A DNA stretch of 64,000 nucleotides, taken from Treponema sp. (GTDB lineage Bacteria > Spirochaetota > Spirochaetia > Treponematales > Breznakiellaceae). The stretch's first letter is position 1. The number at the start of each line of letters is the position of its first letter. Below are positions 35,327 to 43,546 of this stretch, piece after piece. The notes under the pieces are model-generated. The model was not told the origin of the DNA, ran no database searches, and saw only the letters and a list, made by a program, of their open reading frames with translations. Location: the NCBI GenBank assembly GCA_031265435.1, contig JAISCR010000023.1, positions 8,799-72,798 on the forward strand, given 5' to 3'. The position numbers and the translations under genes were made by a program.

Positions 35327-35417
35327 CCTTTCGTGTAATTATTACTTCTTCTTTTAATGCAGTATTCAAAACAGTAGAAAAATTCTGGCGAGCTTCTGAA
35401 TATTTATATATTCTCAT
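35313..35417 (-). pseudogene. Phd/YefM-family antitoxin N-terminal fragment (34 codons), truncated or frameshifted
   Basis: My own translation is MRIYKYSEARQNFSTVLNTALKEEVIITRKDGNR*. This resembles the E. coli YefM N-terminus as I recall it ([35 protein letters not shown]). GGAGG lies 5 nt upstream of the ATG. Confidence 0.45.
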
Positions 35418-35576
35418 TTTGTACCTCCAAAATATCAATCTTCATATCTTTTCCGGTTCATTGAGAATAATGCAAATTAATGCACTTGCATCAACTATTA
35501 ATTCCATATTGTACAATGTATATCATAGTTTCCATTTTGTCAAGCCTTTTTAGCAGGGCATCGGCGTTTACTTTCA

Positions 35577-35713
35577 TTTGAAGAATTTTTTACCTCTAAG
35601 TCAAATAAGTCGAAGAAGTATAAAAAGCAAGAAGGGAAAAAAGAAGCGCTTCATACTCCGCTTGATGAACTTTCTCGACTTTTTCGACTTGGTGGTGAAT
35701 TTTTTCTTCAAAG
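35577..35713. repeat. dispersed inverted-repeat element, copy A (full length)
   Basis: The left arm tttgaagaattttttacctctaagtcaaataagtcgaagaag (35577-35618) is imperfectly complementary to the right arm tttctcgactttttcgacttggtggtgaattttttcttcaaag (35671-35713). Confidence 0.7.
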
Positions 35714-35829
35714 TGTGCTGCTTTGGGGGGAATTTTGATGCTGAAAAAAATAAACGCCGATGCCCTGCCCCTGTACCCCTTGACAGGGATTTTTTTCATT
35801 GTATCATAAACCGGGAACGTATTGCGAAG

Positions 35830-36720
35830 ATGAAACTTCACGAAAGAGGCGTGCTGCCCCAGTCCAATATATACTTTCACACTCCGAAAGAGCACGATCG
35901 CAAAATTTTTCTGACTCCAAGTTCAAGCGGTTATTATTTTTGCGATGAAACCTACCGGGTTACCCGGGATAACTATGACGGTTATCTGATTCATAACGGC
36001 ATCAGAAGCAGCTATGGCAGCTATTTGGCTTTATTTGTAAAAAACGGAAAAGGCTATGTTTACCAAAACGGCCGCAGGATCATTCTCTGCGAAAACGACG
36101 CTTTTCTGCTGGACTGTTATCATTCTCATGTTTATGGTACGCTGGCCGGTTCAGAACTGGAAATGGTGTGGGTACACTTTGACGGGACTATCGTTCACGA
36201 TTATTTCAGGACAACCACTAAAAACACCAATTGTTCCGTGCTTAAATCTCTCCCTTCCGCCCGTTCACAGATTATCTATAACAATTTATACGACATCTAT
36301 GAAAAATTCGATAAAAAGAAAGGAGTAAATGATATAATAAACAACAAGCACCTTGTGGCTGTCATGACCGAATTTCTGCTGGGAAATTCGCCTGTTCCGG
36401 AACAGGAAGCGCCCTGGGACGATTTACTGACCTACATATCCGAAAATATCCAAAAGCCGCTCAAGTCCGAAGATCTCGCGGAGCGGATGGCGTTGTCTCC
36501 TTTTCACTTTATCCGGCAGTTTAAAAAAGAAATAGGGTATACTCCCCATCGTTATGTGCTGATGGCCCGGATAAGCACCGCCAATCATCTGCTGAGGCGT
36601 TCCTCTCTACCCATCAAGGAAATTGCCCATGCCTGCGGTTTTTCCAGCGAGGGAAGTTTCTGCAACGCCTTCAAAAATCTGATAGGAGCGTGGCCCGCGG
36701 ATTACCGGGGCAAGATCTGA
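35830..36720 (+). CDS. AraC-family transcriptional regulator
   Basis: I chose the start at MKLHERG (ATG 35830), because the track's longer ORF runs through repeat copy A. N-terminal cupin-like sugar-binding part and a C-terminal double HTH (LSPFHFIRQFKKEIGYTPHRYV ... IAHACGFSSEGSFCNAFK). Confidence 0.85.
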   Translation: MKLHERGVLPQSNIYFHTPKEHDRKIFLTPSSSGYYFCDETYRVTRDNYDGYLIHNGIRSSYGSYLALFVKNGKGYVYQNGRRIILCENDAFLLDCYHSHVYGTLAGSELEMVWVHFDGTIVHDYFRTTTKNTNCSVLKSLPSARSQIIYNNLYDIYEKFDKKKGVNDIINNKHLVAVMTEFLLGNSPVPEQEAPWDDLLTYISENIQKPLKSEDLAERMALSPFHFIRQFKKEIGYTPHRYVLMARISTANHLLRRSSLPIKEIAHACGFSSEGSFCNAFKNLIGAWPADYRGKI

Positions 36721-36776
36721 TATTCTGCCCTTCCCAAAATGCAAGACGCCCGTATACCTCCCCCCGGAATTGGTTT

Positions 36777-36814
36777 TTGCTGTTTTGTTGTAAAAATTGC
36801 TGTTTTTGCAAAAA
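36777..36814 (+). promoter_or_regulatory. tandem direct repeat, a candidate AraC-type binding site upstream of the ABC operon
   Basis: TTGCTGTTTTGTTGTAAAAA (36777-36796) followed by TTGCTGTTTTTGCAAAAA (36797-36814). It ends about 52 nt upstream of the ATG at 36867. Confidence 0.3.
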
Positions 36815-36866
36815 TCACTTGCGCGTTTCAATTTTTGAGGGGATCATATTTCTATAGGGTCAATTC

Positions 36867-38360
36867 ATGGCGGAAGTTGTAGAATTTAGAAACATCAGCA
36901 AATTTTTCCCCGGTGTACGGGCGCTGGAAAACATAAGTTTTTCGGCGCAGAAAGGTTATGTTTATGCCCTGATGGGCGAAAACGGCGCCGGTAAGTCAAC
37001 TTTGTTAAAGATTCTTAATGGCGACTATATCCCCGACAAGGGAGAATTTTTAATTGACGGGAAAGTGAAACATTTTCAGCGTCCCAAGGACGCTATTGAG
37101 TGCGGGATAAGTACAATCTATCAGGAACGGCAGGTTATACGGCACATGACGGTTGCGGAAAATGTATTTCTCGGCGACTGGCCGCGCAGTAAAGCCAATG
37201 TAATCGACTTTGGTCTGATGAACCGGCTTACGGTCGAAATCGCGGAACGATTTAAAATCGATATTAAGCCGGATGTAAAAGTAAATACATTAAGCGTTGC
37301 ACACCAGCAGATGGTCGAAATCATGAAGGCTGTGCGCCGGAATTCCGTCATTATCGCCTTTGACGAGCCGACGGCAAGCCTTTCGGACAACGAAATCGAA
37401 ATCCTCTTTTCAATAATCAGGAAACTCCAGGAAGAAAACAGAATTATCTTTTATGTTTCTCACCGTATAAACGAGGTTAACCAAATTGCCCAGAAAGTCA
37501 TCGTTTTTAAGGACGGCAGACTGGTTGGTCAAAAAGATCAAGATAAGGCGCCGATTGATGAACTGATCCAGATGATGGTTGGCCGGACTCTGGACAAACA
37601 GCTCAGTGAATCATATAAAGACAGGTCTATAGGGCAAGTGCTTTTCTCTTGTGATAACCTGACAACCGATTTTATCCGGAATATTTCTTTTTCGGTACGC
37701 CGGGGAGAAATACTGGGGTTCGCCGGACTTGTCGGCGCCGGGCGGACCGAGATAATGCGGGCAATTTTCGGTATTGATAAAATCTATTCCGGCGTAATAA
37801 AACTTCTTGATAAGCCGATAAAAATCCGGTCGCCCAAAAAAGCCATAAAGAATGGCCTCGTTATGCTGCCGGAAGACAGGAAGGACCAGGGTGTACTGCC
37901 GAACATATCCGTTAAGGGCAACATCAGCGTCTCGATGTTGCGGGAAATTTGTTCGTTTGGGATTGTAAACCAGGAAAAAGAAGACAAGATAGCCGCCAGG
38001 AATATCGCCAAATTCGACATACGGACGCCGGACAGCGAAAAGCTGTTGTTGCAGCTATCCGGCGGAAACCAGCAAAAAACAATTCTCGCCCGTTGTCTTG
38101 AATGTAATCCAAAGGTACTCATTCTTGATGAACCGACAAAGGGAATCGATGTAGGAGCCAAAGCGGAATTTCATCGTATTATTTTTGACTGCGCTAAAGC
38201 CGGAATGGCTGTTATTGTGGTTTCATCGGAATTACCTGAACTTATATCACTTAGTGACAGAATTATTGTTATCCGCGACAGGAATATTTCAGGCGAACTT
38301 GAACGGAAAGATTTTTCGGAAGAAAAAATACTTAAATTTGCAATGCCCCGGGAGGAGTGA
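36867..38360 (+). CDS. sugar ABC transporter ATP-binding protein (double ABC domain, RbsA/MglA type)
   Basis: 497 aa. Walker A GENGAGKST and GLVGAGRTE. LSGGNQQK signature. Walker B ILDEPT. Confidence 0.92.
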   Translation: MAEVVEFRNISKFFPGVRALENISFSAQKGYVYALMGENGAGKSTLLKILNGDYIPDKGEFLIDGKVKHFQRPKDAIECGISTIYQERQVIRHMTVAENVFLGDWPRSKANVIDFGLMNRLTVEIAERFKIDIKPDVKVNTLSVAHQQMVEIMKAVRRNSVIIAFDEPTASLSDNEIEILFSIIRKLQEENRIIFYVSHRINEVNQIAQKVIVFKDGRLVGQKDQDKAPIDELIQMMVGRTLDKQLSESYKDRSIGQVLFSCDNLTTDFIRNISFSVRRGEILGFAGLVGAGRTEIMRAIFGIDKIYSGVIKLLDKPIKIRSPKKAIKNGLVMLPEDRKDQGVLPNISVKGNISVSMLREICSFGIVNQEKEDKIAARNIAKFDIRTPDSEKLLLQLSGGNQQKTILARCLECNPKVLILDEPTKGIDVGAKAEFHRIIFDCAKAGMAVIVVSSELPELISLSDRIIVIRDRNISGELERKDFSEEKILKFAMPREE

Positions 38361-38368
38361 GGATTGGT

Positions 38369-39367
38369 ATGAATACTGTTTTTGATAAATTCAAAAAAAG
38401 TGATTTTGCGGAAAAAATAACGCTTATTGTCGCTTTTATTATACTGTTAATTGCGTTTTCATTTTTGAATCCGAATTATTTCTCCGTTGTAAATCTGATG
38501 AATATCCTTGTGGCCTGTTCACTTATGGGTTTTGTAGCTATCGGAGAGACTTACCTTATCATAGCGGGACAGATTGATATGTCGGCCGGAGCCCTGGCTG
38601 CGTTTGCCGGTGTTCTTGCAGGTAATTTGCTCAAGGCGGGAGTCCCTCCGGCTGCGGTAGTGGTATTCGCATTGGCTATTGGTGCCGCCGTTGGCGTGTT
38701 TAACGCGACTCTTATCAATATCTGGAATATACAACCCTTCATTGCTACATTGGCAACCATGTCCATTATACGCGGTTTTGCTTATATTATCTGCGAAGGC
38801 AAGCCTGTCAGCATTTCAAACAGCGCTTTTATAAACATTGGAACCGGGCGCGTTTTTAATATTATTCCGCTGCCTGTAATAATTCTGGTTATTGCGTTTA
38901 TCATTTTTGGCTTTATATTGGCCCGTACCTACTTTGGGCGTAGTGTTTATGTTATCGGCGGGAGTCCTTATGCGGCCCGGCTGGCAGGCATTAATCCTAT
39001 TGCTGCCCGCTATAAACTCTATATCATATCGGGCTGTCTTGCTGCCCTGGCAGGATTGCTTCTCAGCGCACGTATGAATTCAGGCCAGCCTTCCGCTGCA
39101 AACGGAGTTGAATTTGACGCCATCACCGGAGTTGTTCTGGGCGGTACAGCGTTTACCGGAGGTGTCGGTACTATATTGGGAACGCTCATCGGCATGCTTA
39201 TTCTGCAAAGTTTCAATACCGGTCTTGTCATGCTGAATGTGCAGGTATTTTGGCAAAATGTCGCCAAGGGTGTGCTGTTGGTAGTTGCCCTGGTCTTTGA
39301 TTTTTACCGGAAGCAGCGTCAGGAAAAAAAGGTACTTACCGAGAGTTTAAACAATGAACAGACATGA
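38369..39367 (+). CDS. sugar ABC transporter permease (RbsC-type)
   Basis: A multi-TM protein of about 332 aa. I preferred ATG 38369 (GAGGA 5 nt upstream). The alternative is GTG 38357, which overlaps the upstream stop. Confidence 0.9.
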   Translation: MNTVFDKFKKSDFAEKITLIVAFIILLIAFSFLNPNYFSVVNLMNILVACSLMGFVAIGETYLIIAGQIDMSAGALAAFAGVLAGNLLKAGVPPAAVVVFALAIGAAVGVFNATLINIWNIQPFIATLATMSIIRGFAYIICEGKPVSISNSAFINIGTGRVFNIIPLPVIILVIAFIIFGFILARTYFGRSVYVIGGSPYAARLAGINPIAARYKLYIISGCLAALAGLLLSARMNSGQPSAANGVEFDAITGVVLGGTAFTGGVGTILGTLIGMLILQSFNTGLVMLNVQVFWQNVAKGVLLVVALVFDFYRKQRQEKKVLTESLNNEQT

Positions 39368-39469
39368 GGTGTTTCAAAAACACAATGATCACATTTTTTG
39401 GAGATCCGTTATTTTGGTTTACCCGGGATAAAAATCCCGTAAACAATATTCTTTACTAAGGAGAAGGAA

Positions 39470-40477
39470 ATGAAAAAGATCATTTGTACTTTACTGGTCT
39501 TGCTGTTGACGGTCGGCCTGGTTTTTGCGGGTGGCGGACGGCAGTCGGCTTCGGGAGGACAGAAGCAGTTGACAATCGCAGGTATTTACAAATCCGGCGA
39601 TCAGGCATGGTTCCTTACTGAAGGAAAAGGCGCCCAGGGCGTTGTGGAAGCGGCAGGCGGGAAATGGATGTACATGGATGCTAAAATAAATGACGCCGCA
39701 ACCTATATCCAGCTCATTGATACCTGTATCGCCCAAAAAGTAGATGGTATTGTTACCTGTCCGCCCGACCAGAACCTCAGCCCGGCGGTGGTCACAAAGC
39801 TCAAGGAAGCGGGTATTCCCGTGATTGCTGTTGACGATGCGCTCCAGGACGAAAGCGGTAAACTACTGGCCCCCTGGGTAGGTATTGACGCTTACAACAT
39901 TGGTCTGCAATCAGGGAAAACCGGCGTAGAGTTTATGCAGAAAAACAATCTGGCCAACGATACTGCTTTCGGCGTTCTTCTTTTGACGGTGGACACCGTT
40001 TCAAGCTGTGTTCCCAGAACCGAGGCCCAGCTAAAATCCGTAAAGGACGCTTTCCCTGGTTTTCCTGACGCCAGGATTTGGCGCTCCGACAGCGACGGCA
40101 CCACTGAAAGGGCCAATGTAGGGGCGACTGCCGTTATTACCGGGCACCCTGAAATAAAGAAATGGCTGGTTTTTGCCATCAATGACGAAACCGCGCAGGG
40201 CGGCGCCAGGGCTCTTGAAGCCGCGGGATTGACTTACGAAACAGGCTCTCTGGCAATTGGTTTTGGCGGCTACCTTGCCCCGGATGAATTCGCAAAACCC
40301 AGTTCGCCCTTCAAGGCCGCGGTCTACTTTTCGGCCACGGATGTGGGCAAAATGTCTGCCCAGGCGTTGCTTGATTTCATAAAAAGCGGGAAACCCATTC
40401 CCGAACGCCAGGCCGTTTCCGCGCGGACAATTGTCCCGGGAGATGATCTGAGAGCCATCATGCCGGAATATTTTTAG
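39470..40477 (+). CDS. periplasmic sugar-binding protein (RbsB/LacI-fold type)
   Basis: 335 aa. Signal peptide MKKIICTLLVLLLTVGLVFAGGG. AAGGAGAAGG SD. Alternating beta-alpha pattern of type I periplasmic binding proteins. Confidence 0.85.
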   Translation: MKKIICTLLVLLLTVGLVFAGGGRQSASGGQKQLTIAGIYKSGDQAWFLTEGKGAQGVVEAAGGKWMYMDAKINDAATYIQLIDTCIAQKVDGIVTCPPDQNLSPAVVTKLKEAGIPVIAVDDALQDESGKLLAPWVGIDAYNIGLQSGKTGVEFMQKNNLANDTAFGVLLLTVDTVSSCVPRTEAQLKSVKDAFPGFPDARIWRSDSDGTTERANVGATAVITGHPEIKKWLVFAINDETAQGGARALEAAGLTYETGSLAIGFGGYLAPDEFAKPSSPFKAAVYFSATDVGKMSAQALLDFIKSGKPIPERQAVSARTIVPGDDLRAIMPEYF

Positions 40478-40494
40478 GTAAAGAGTTACAAAAG

Positions 40495-40530
40495 ATCGGG
40501 AACCCGTTCAAATATGGAGGGCTTCCCGAT
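40495..40530 (+). terminator. hairpin downstream of the binding-protein gene (weak terminator or attenuator candidate)
   Basis: ATCGGGAACCC ... GGGCTTCCCGAT stem with one bulge and a 13-nt loop. No clear T-tract follows. Confidence 0.25.
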
Positions 40531-40624
40531 TCTGTGCAGGAGAAAATTGTGTCCCTGGATGTGTTTTTCATAAGCTGTCAAACTTCTGAGAATCGCACTA
40601 ACTTCCTGGATGGATTAGTATCTT

Positions 40625-41908
40625 ATGGCGAGTGTACAGACTTTATCTAAACCCGTCGATAACGACATGATTATACCGGTATCCGAACGGGAATATTTGC
40701 GTACCCTGGCAAAGAAGCAGCAAGAATACGCGCATCTGCCTGTAATGGCCGAACGGGAACATTTATGGGTTTTGCATAACGGCCTTCGCGGTAAACGGCC
40801 GATGGTAGTAATGGAAGAAGATACCTTTCTCAACGAAATTTTGCCGTTAAGCCGTTGTGAAAGTCCACTGGGGAAAAAAATTGAACAGACATTATGCCAT
40901 ATTATCGCTTCCTATGAAACCTTTGACGATGACAAGGTAGTACCGGGCTGCTTTCCGGTTTATTTGGACATTGGCGTTAATTTTCTGGGATTAACCATAC
41001 AGAAAACCCTTGCCGCTGAAGGTGTCGGCTTTCATATTGAACCGGCGTTTAAGACATTGGAGGAAGGGCTTCCCCTTCTGCGGCATTCAGAGTTTATGTA
41101 TGATAAAGCGGCGACTGAACTGATGGAAAAAGCGGCCTGTGATATTTTGGGTGATATACTGCCTGTAGTACGCAAAAACAGCTTCCATTGGTGGGATACC
41201 ATGCATACCTGGCAGGTGGTACACCTTATGGGTATGGAAAATATGTACATCGCCATGGCCCTTCAACCGGATAACTTTCACCGCCTGATGCGTATAGTTA
41301 CCGATGAATTGATGCTTTGTCTGCACTGGCAAGAGGAAAACGGGCTGCTCTTGCTAAATAACGGCAACGATTATTTGGGCGCCGGCAGTTTCTGTTTTAC
41401 CGATGAATTACCGGGAACGGGTTTCAACGGCCAAGTACGCGTTCGGGATACATGGGGACATTTGAACAGCCAGGAGAGTGTCGGCATATCCCCTGAAATG
41501 TTTGCGGAATTCATCTATCCCTATTGCGCGGAAATCGCTGCGGAATATGGGCTGGTCTATTACGGATGCTGCGAACCGGTGCATAAAACCTGGGACATCT
41601 GTTTAAGCAAACTGCCAAATTTACGCAAAGTATCAATATCAGCGTGGTGTGACGAAGAAATTATGAGCGAACGCCTTCAGGACGGAAAGATTATCTACTC
41701 CCGAAAGCCATCGCCTCAATTTATCGGGGTAAAAGCCGCGTTTGATGAAGAAGCATTTACCGCTTATATTAAGAAGACAGCATCACTGCTTCGCGGTGGC
41801 TGCAAGGCCGAGTTCATATTCCGGGATATATACAAATTAAACGGAAACGTGGAAAAGCTCCGCCGCGCGGTGGATATCACCCGGAGGATTGCGGAAGATG
41901 TTTACTAA
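40625..41908 (+). CDS. hypothetical enzyme, possibly a URO-D-like TIM-barrel fold
   Basis: 427-aa ORF with host-like GC. It shares a C-terminal pattern with the next gene (IS.E.F.E...P ... LP.L). The fold assignment is a guess. Confidence 0.55.
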   Translation: MASVQTLSKPVDNDMIIPVSEREYLRTLAKKQQEYAHLPVMAEREHLWVLHNGLRGKRPMVVMEEDTFLNEILPLSRCESPLGKKIEQTLCHIIASYETFDDDKVVPGCFPVYLDIGVNFLGLTIQKTLAAEGVGFHIEPAFKTLEEGLPLLRHSEFMYDKAATELMEKAACDILGDILPVVRKNSFHWWDTMHTWQVVHLMGMENMYIAMALQPDNFHRLMRIVTDELMLCLHWQEENGLLLLNNGNDYLGAGSFCFTDELPGTGFNGQVRVRDTWGHLNSQESVGISPEMFAEFIYPYCAEIAAEYGLVYYGCCEPVHKTWDICLSKLPNLRKVSISAWCDEEIMSERLQDGKIIYSRKPSPQFIGVKAAFDEEAFTAYIKKTASLLRGGCKAEFIFRDIYKLNGNVEKLRRAVDITRRIAEDVY

Positions 41909-41947
41909 AATGCAGCTATATTTTGGAAACAGCAAGAGTTTGCCGTT

Positions 41948-43054
41948 ATGAATGAATGTCTGAAACAAGCCGGTGCGGGGACAATCAAAATAGAATTCAA
42001 GCCCGATCTGGAAAAATGCCTTGAGCGTGTTTACGCGTGGTTCGAGGGTGAACTGATCGACCGCCCGCCGGTGCGTTTTTCCCGGCACAACGCCGAGTAC
42101 GAAACCGCCGACAATTCAGACCGCGCATGGGCTTCCCTCAAAGACCGCTGGTTTGACGCGGAGTACCAGGTGGAAAAATTTATCCGCGAGGCGGAGGGAA
42201 AGAGATTCCTCGCGGAAACATTTCCGGTGTACTGGCCGGGCCTGGGCCCCAATGTATTTGGTGCGTGTTACGGCTGTCCCTATGTTTTCGGGGAGGTAAC
42301 GGCCTGGATGGAACCTATGCTGGAAGAACTCCCCGCCGCCGCGGATCTTCCGGTTTTCGACTGGAACTGCGAATACTTCAAAAAGCTGGACGAGATGACC
42401 GGCCTGGCCCTGGACAAGGCCCCGGGTCGCTTCCTCGTTGGTTACACCGACATACACCCCGGCATGGACTGGTGTGCGGCCCTGCGCGGAACAGAGGCCC
42501 TGCTGATGGATCTTTACGATGACCCGGAATCACTGCGTGTTTTTTGCGGCGCGTCCCTGGAAGATTTTTTAAAGTTCTTTGACTATTTTGATGCCAGGCT
42601 CAAAGAACGGCGTCAGCTTTCGGTTACCTGGATGAACATCCCCTCTTTCGGGAAGCTGCATATTCCCAGCTGTGATTTTGCCAGCATGATCTCCTGCGAA
42701 CAGTTTGAAGAATACGCCATGCCATGCCTGGAGCAGGAATGCCTGCACATGGATCACAATATCTTCCACCTGGACGGAAAGGGAGTGGCCCGGCACCTGG
42801 ACCGGATACTCACCCTGCCGAAACTCAACGCGATTCAGTGGGTGCAGGGCGTGGGGGAAGACCAGCCGATAATGCAGTGGGTACCGCTTGTCAGGAAAAT
42901 CCAGAATGCCGGGAAAGGGGTAGTAGTTGATGTCGCGATCGGGGAACTGGAGTCCTTTATCGCGGAAGTTCCGCCCAGAGGGATCTACCTGTGCATATCG
43001 GCCGGAAGCCCGGAAGAGGAAGAAGCCGTATTAAAGCGCATCGAAAGGTGGTAA
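41948..43054 (+). CDS. hypothetical enzyme, distant paralog of the preceding gene
   Basis: 368-aa ORF. Contains IFHLDGKGVARHLDRILTLPKLNAIQW. The fold assignment is a guess. Confidence 0.55.
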   Translation: MNECLKQAGAGTIKIEFKPDLEKCLERVYAWFEGELIDRPPVRFSRHNAEYETADNSDRAWASLKDRWFDAEYQVEKFIREAEGKRFLAETFPVYWPGLGPNVFGACYGCPYVFGEVTAWMEPMLEELPAAADLPVFDWNCEYFKKLDEMTGLALDKAPGRFLVGYTDIHPGMDWCAALRGTEALLMDLYDDPESLRVFCGASLEDFLKFFDYFDARLKERRQLSVTWMNIPSFGKLHIPSCDFASMISCEQFEEYAMPCLEQECLHMDHNIFHLDGKGVARHLDRILTLPKLNAIQWVQGVGEDQPIMQWVPLVRKIQNAGKGVVVDVAIGELESFIAEVPPRGIYLCISAGSPEEEEAVLKRIERW

Positions 43055-43132
43055 ATTTCACCGGTTGGACTTTGTGGTTAAAAAATCTTCACAAGGCCGA
43101 CAGACACCCCCGCATCAACTCTAAATATAAGT

Positions 43133-43162
43133 GTTGCAATTTGCAACAAGTTGTGCTATTCT
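43133..43162 (+). promoter_or_regulatory. perfect palindrome overlapping a putative promoter of the ParD-like gene
   Basis: GTTGCAA-T-TTGCAAC (43133-43147). TTGCAA (43134-43139), a 17-nt spacer, then TATTCT (43157-43162). GGAG SD at 43173-43176. Confidence 0.35.
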
Positions 43163-43182
43163 TTGATGAATAGGAGACTGAA

Positions 43183-43407
43183 ATGACTACTGCCGTAAGA
43201 TTGCCGGTTGAAATGATAGAAGATGCCCGTAAAAATGGTGAATTACATTGCCGTTCTACCCCTAAACAAATCGAATACTGGTACAGATTGGGCAAAATTG
43301 CCGAAGAAAATCCGGATATTTCCATGGATTTCATTAAAAATTCAATAGAAGGGCTTGATGCGATAAAAAATGGAGATACTGAACCTTTCAAGTTCAGGAA
43401 TCCCTGA
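43183..43407 (+). CDS. ParD-like type II antitoxin (orphan)
   Basis: 74 aa. KQIEYWYRLGKIAEENPDISMDFIK resembles the ParD_like family motif (QIEHWA.IGK.AEENPDL) as I recall it. Confidence 0.6.
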   Translation: MTTAVRLPVEMIEDARKNGELHCRSTPKQIEYWYRLGKIAEENPDISMDFIKNSIEGLDAIKNGDTEPFKFRNP

Positions 43408-43546
43408 TGAAAATAAACCAGTAGTGAATATAAGGTAAAATTATCAGGCAGGCAGTAAAATGGACGATTTGCGGCAAAGAAGTCTGGATTTAACTGCGCA
43501 ATGTGGCGAGAATTGATCCGGAAAAAGAAATTATGAGGGTACAAAT

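Noticed and set aside
35578-35829. N-terminal 84-codon extension of the AraC-family ORF in the track
   Set aside because: The extension is translated from inverted-repeat element copy A (Lys/Phe-rich). The AraC homology starts at MKLHERG, so I moved the start to 35830.
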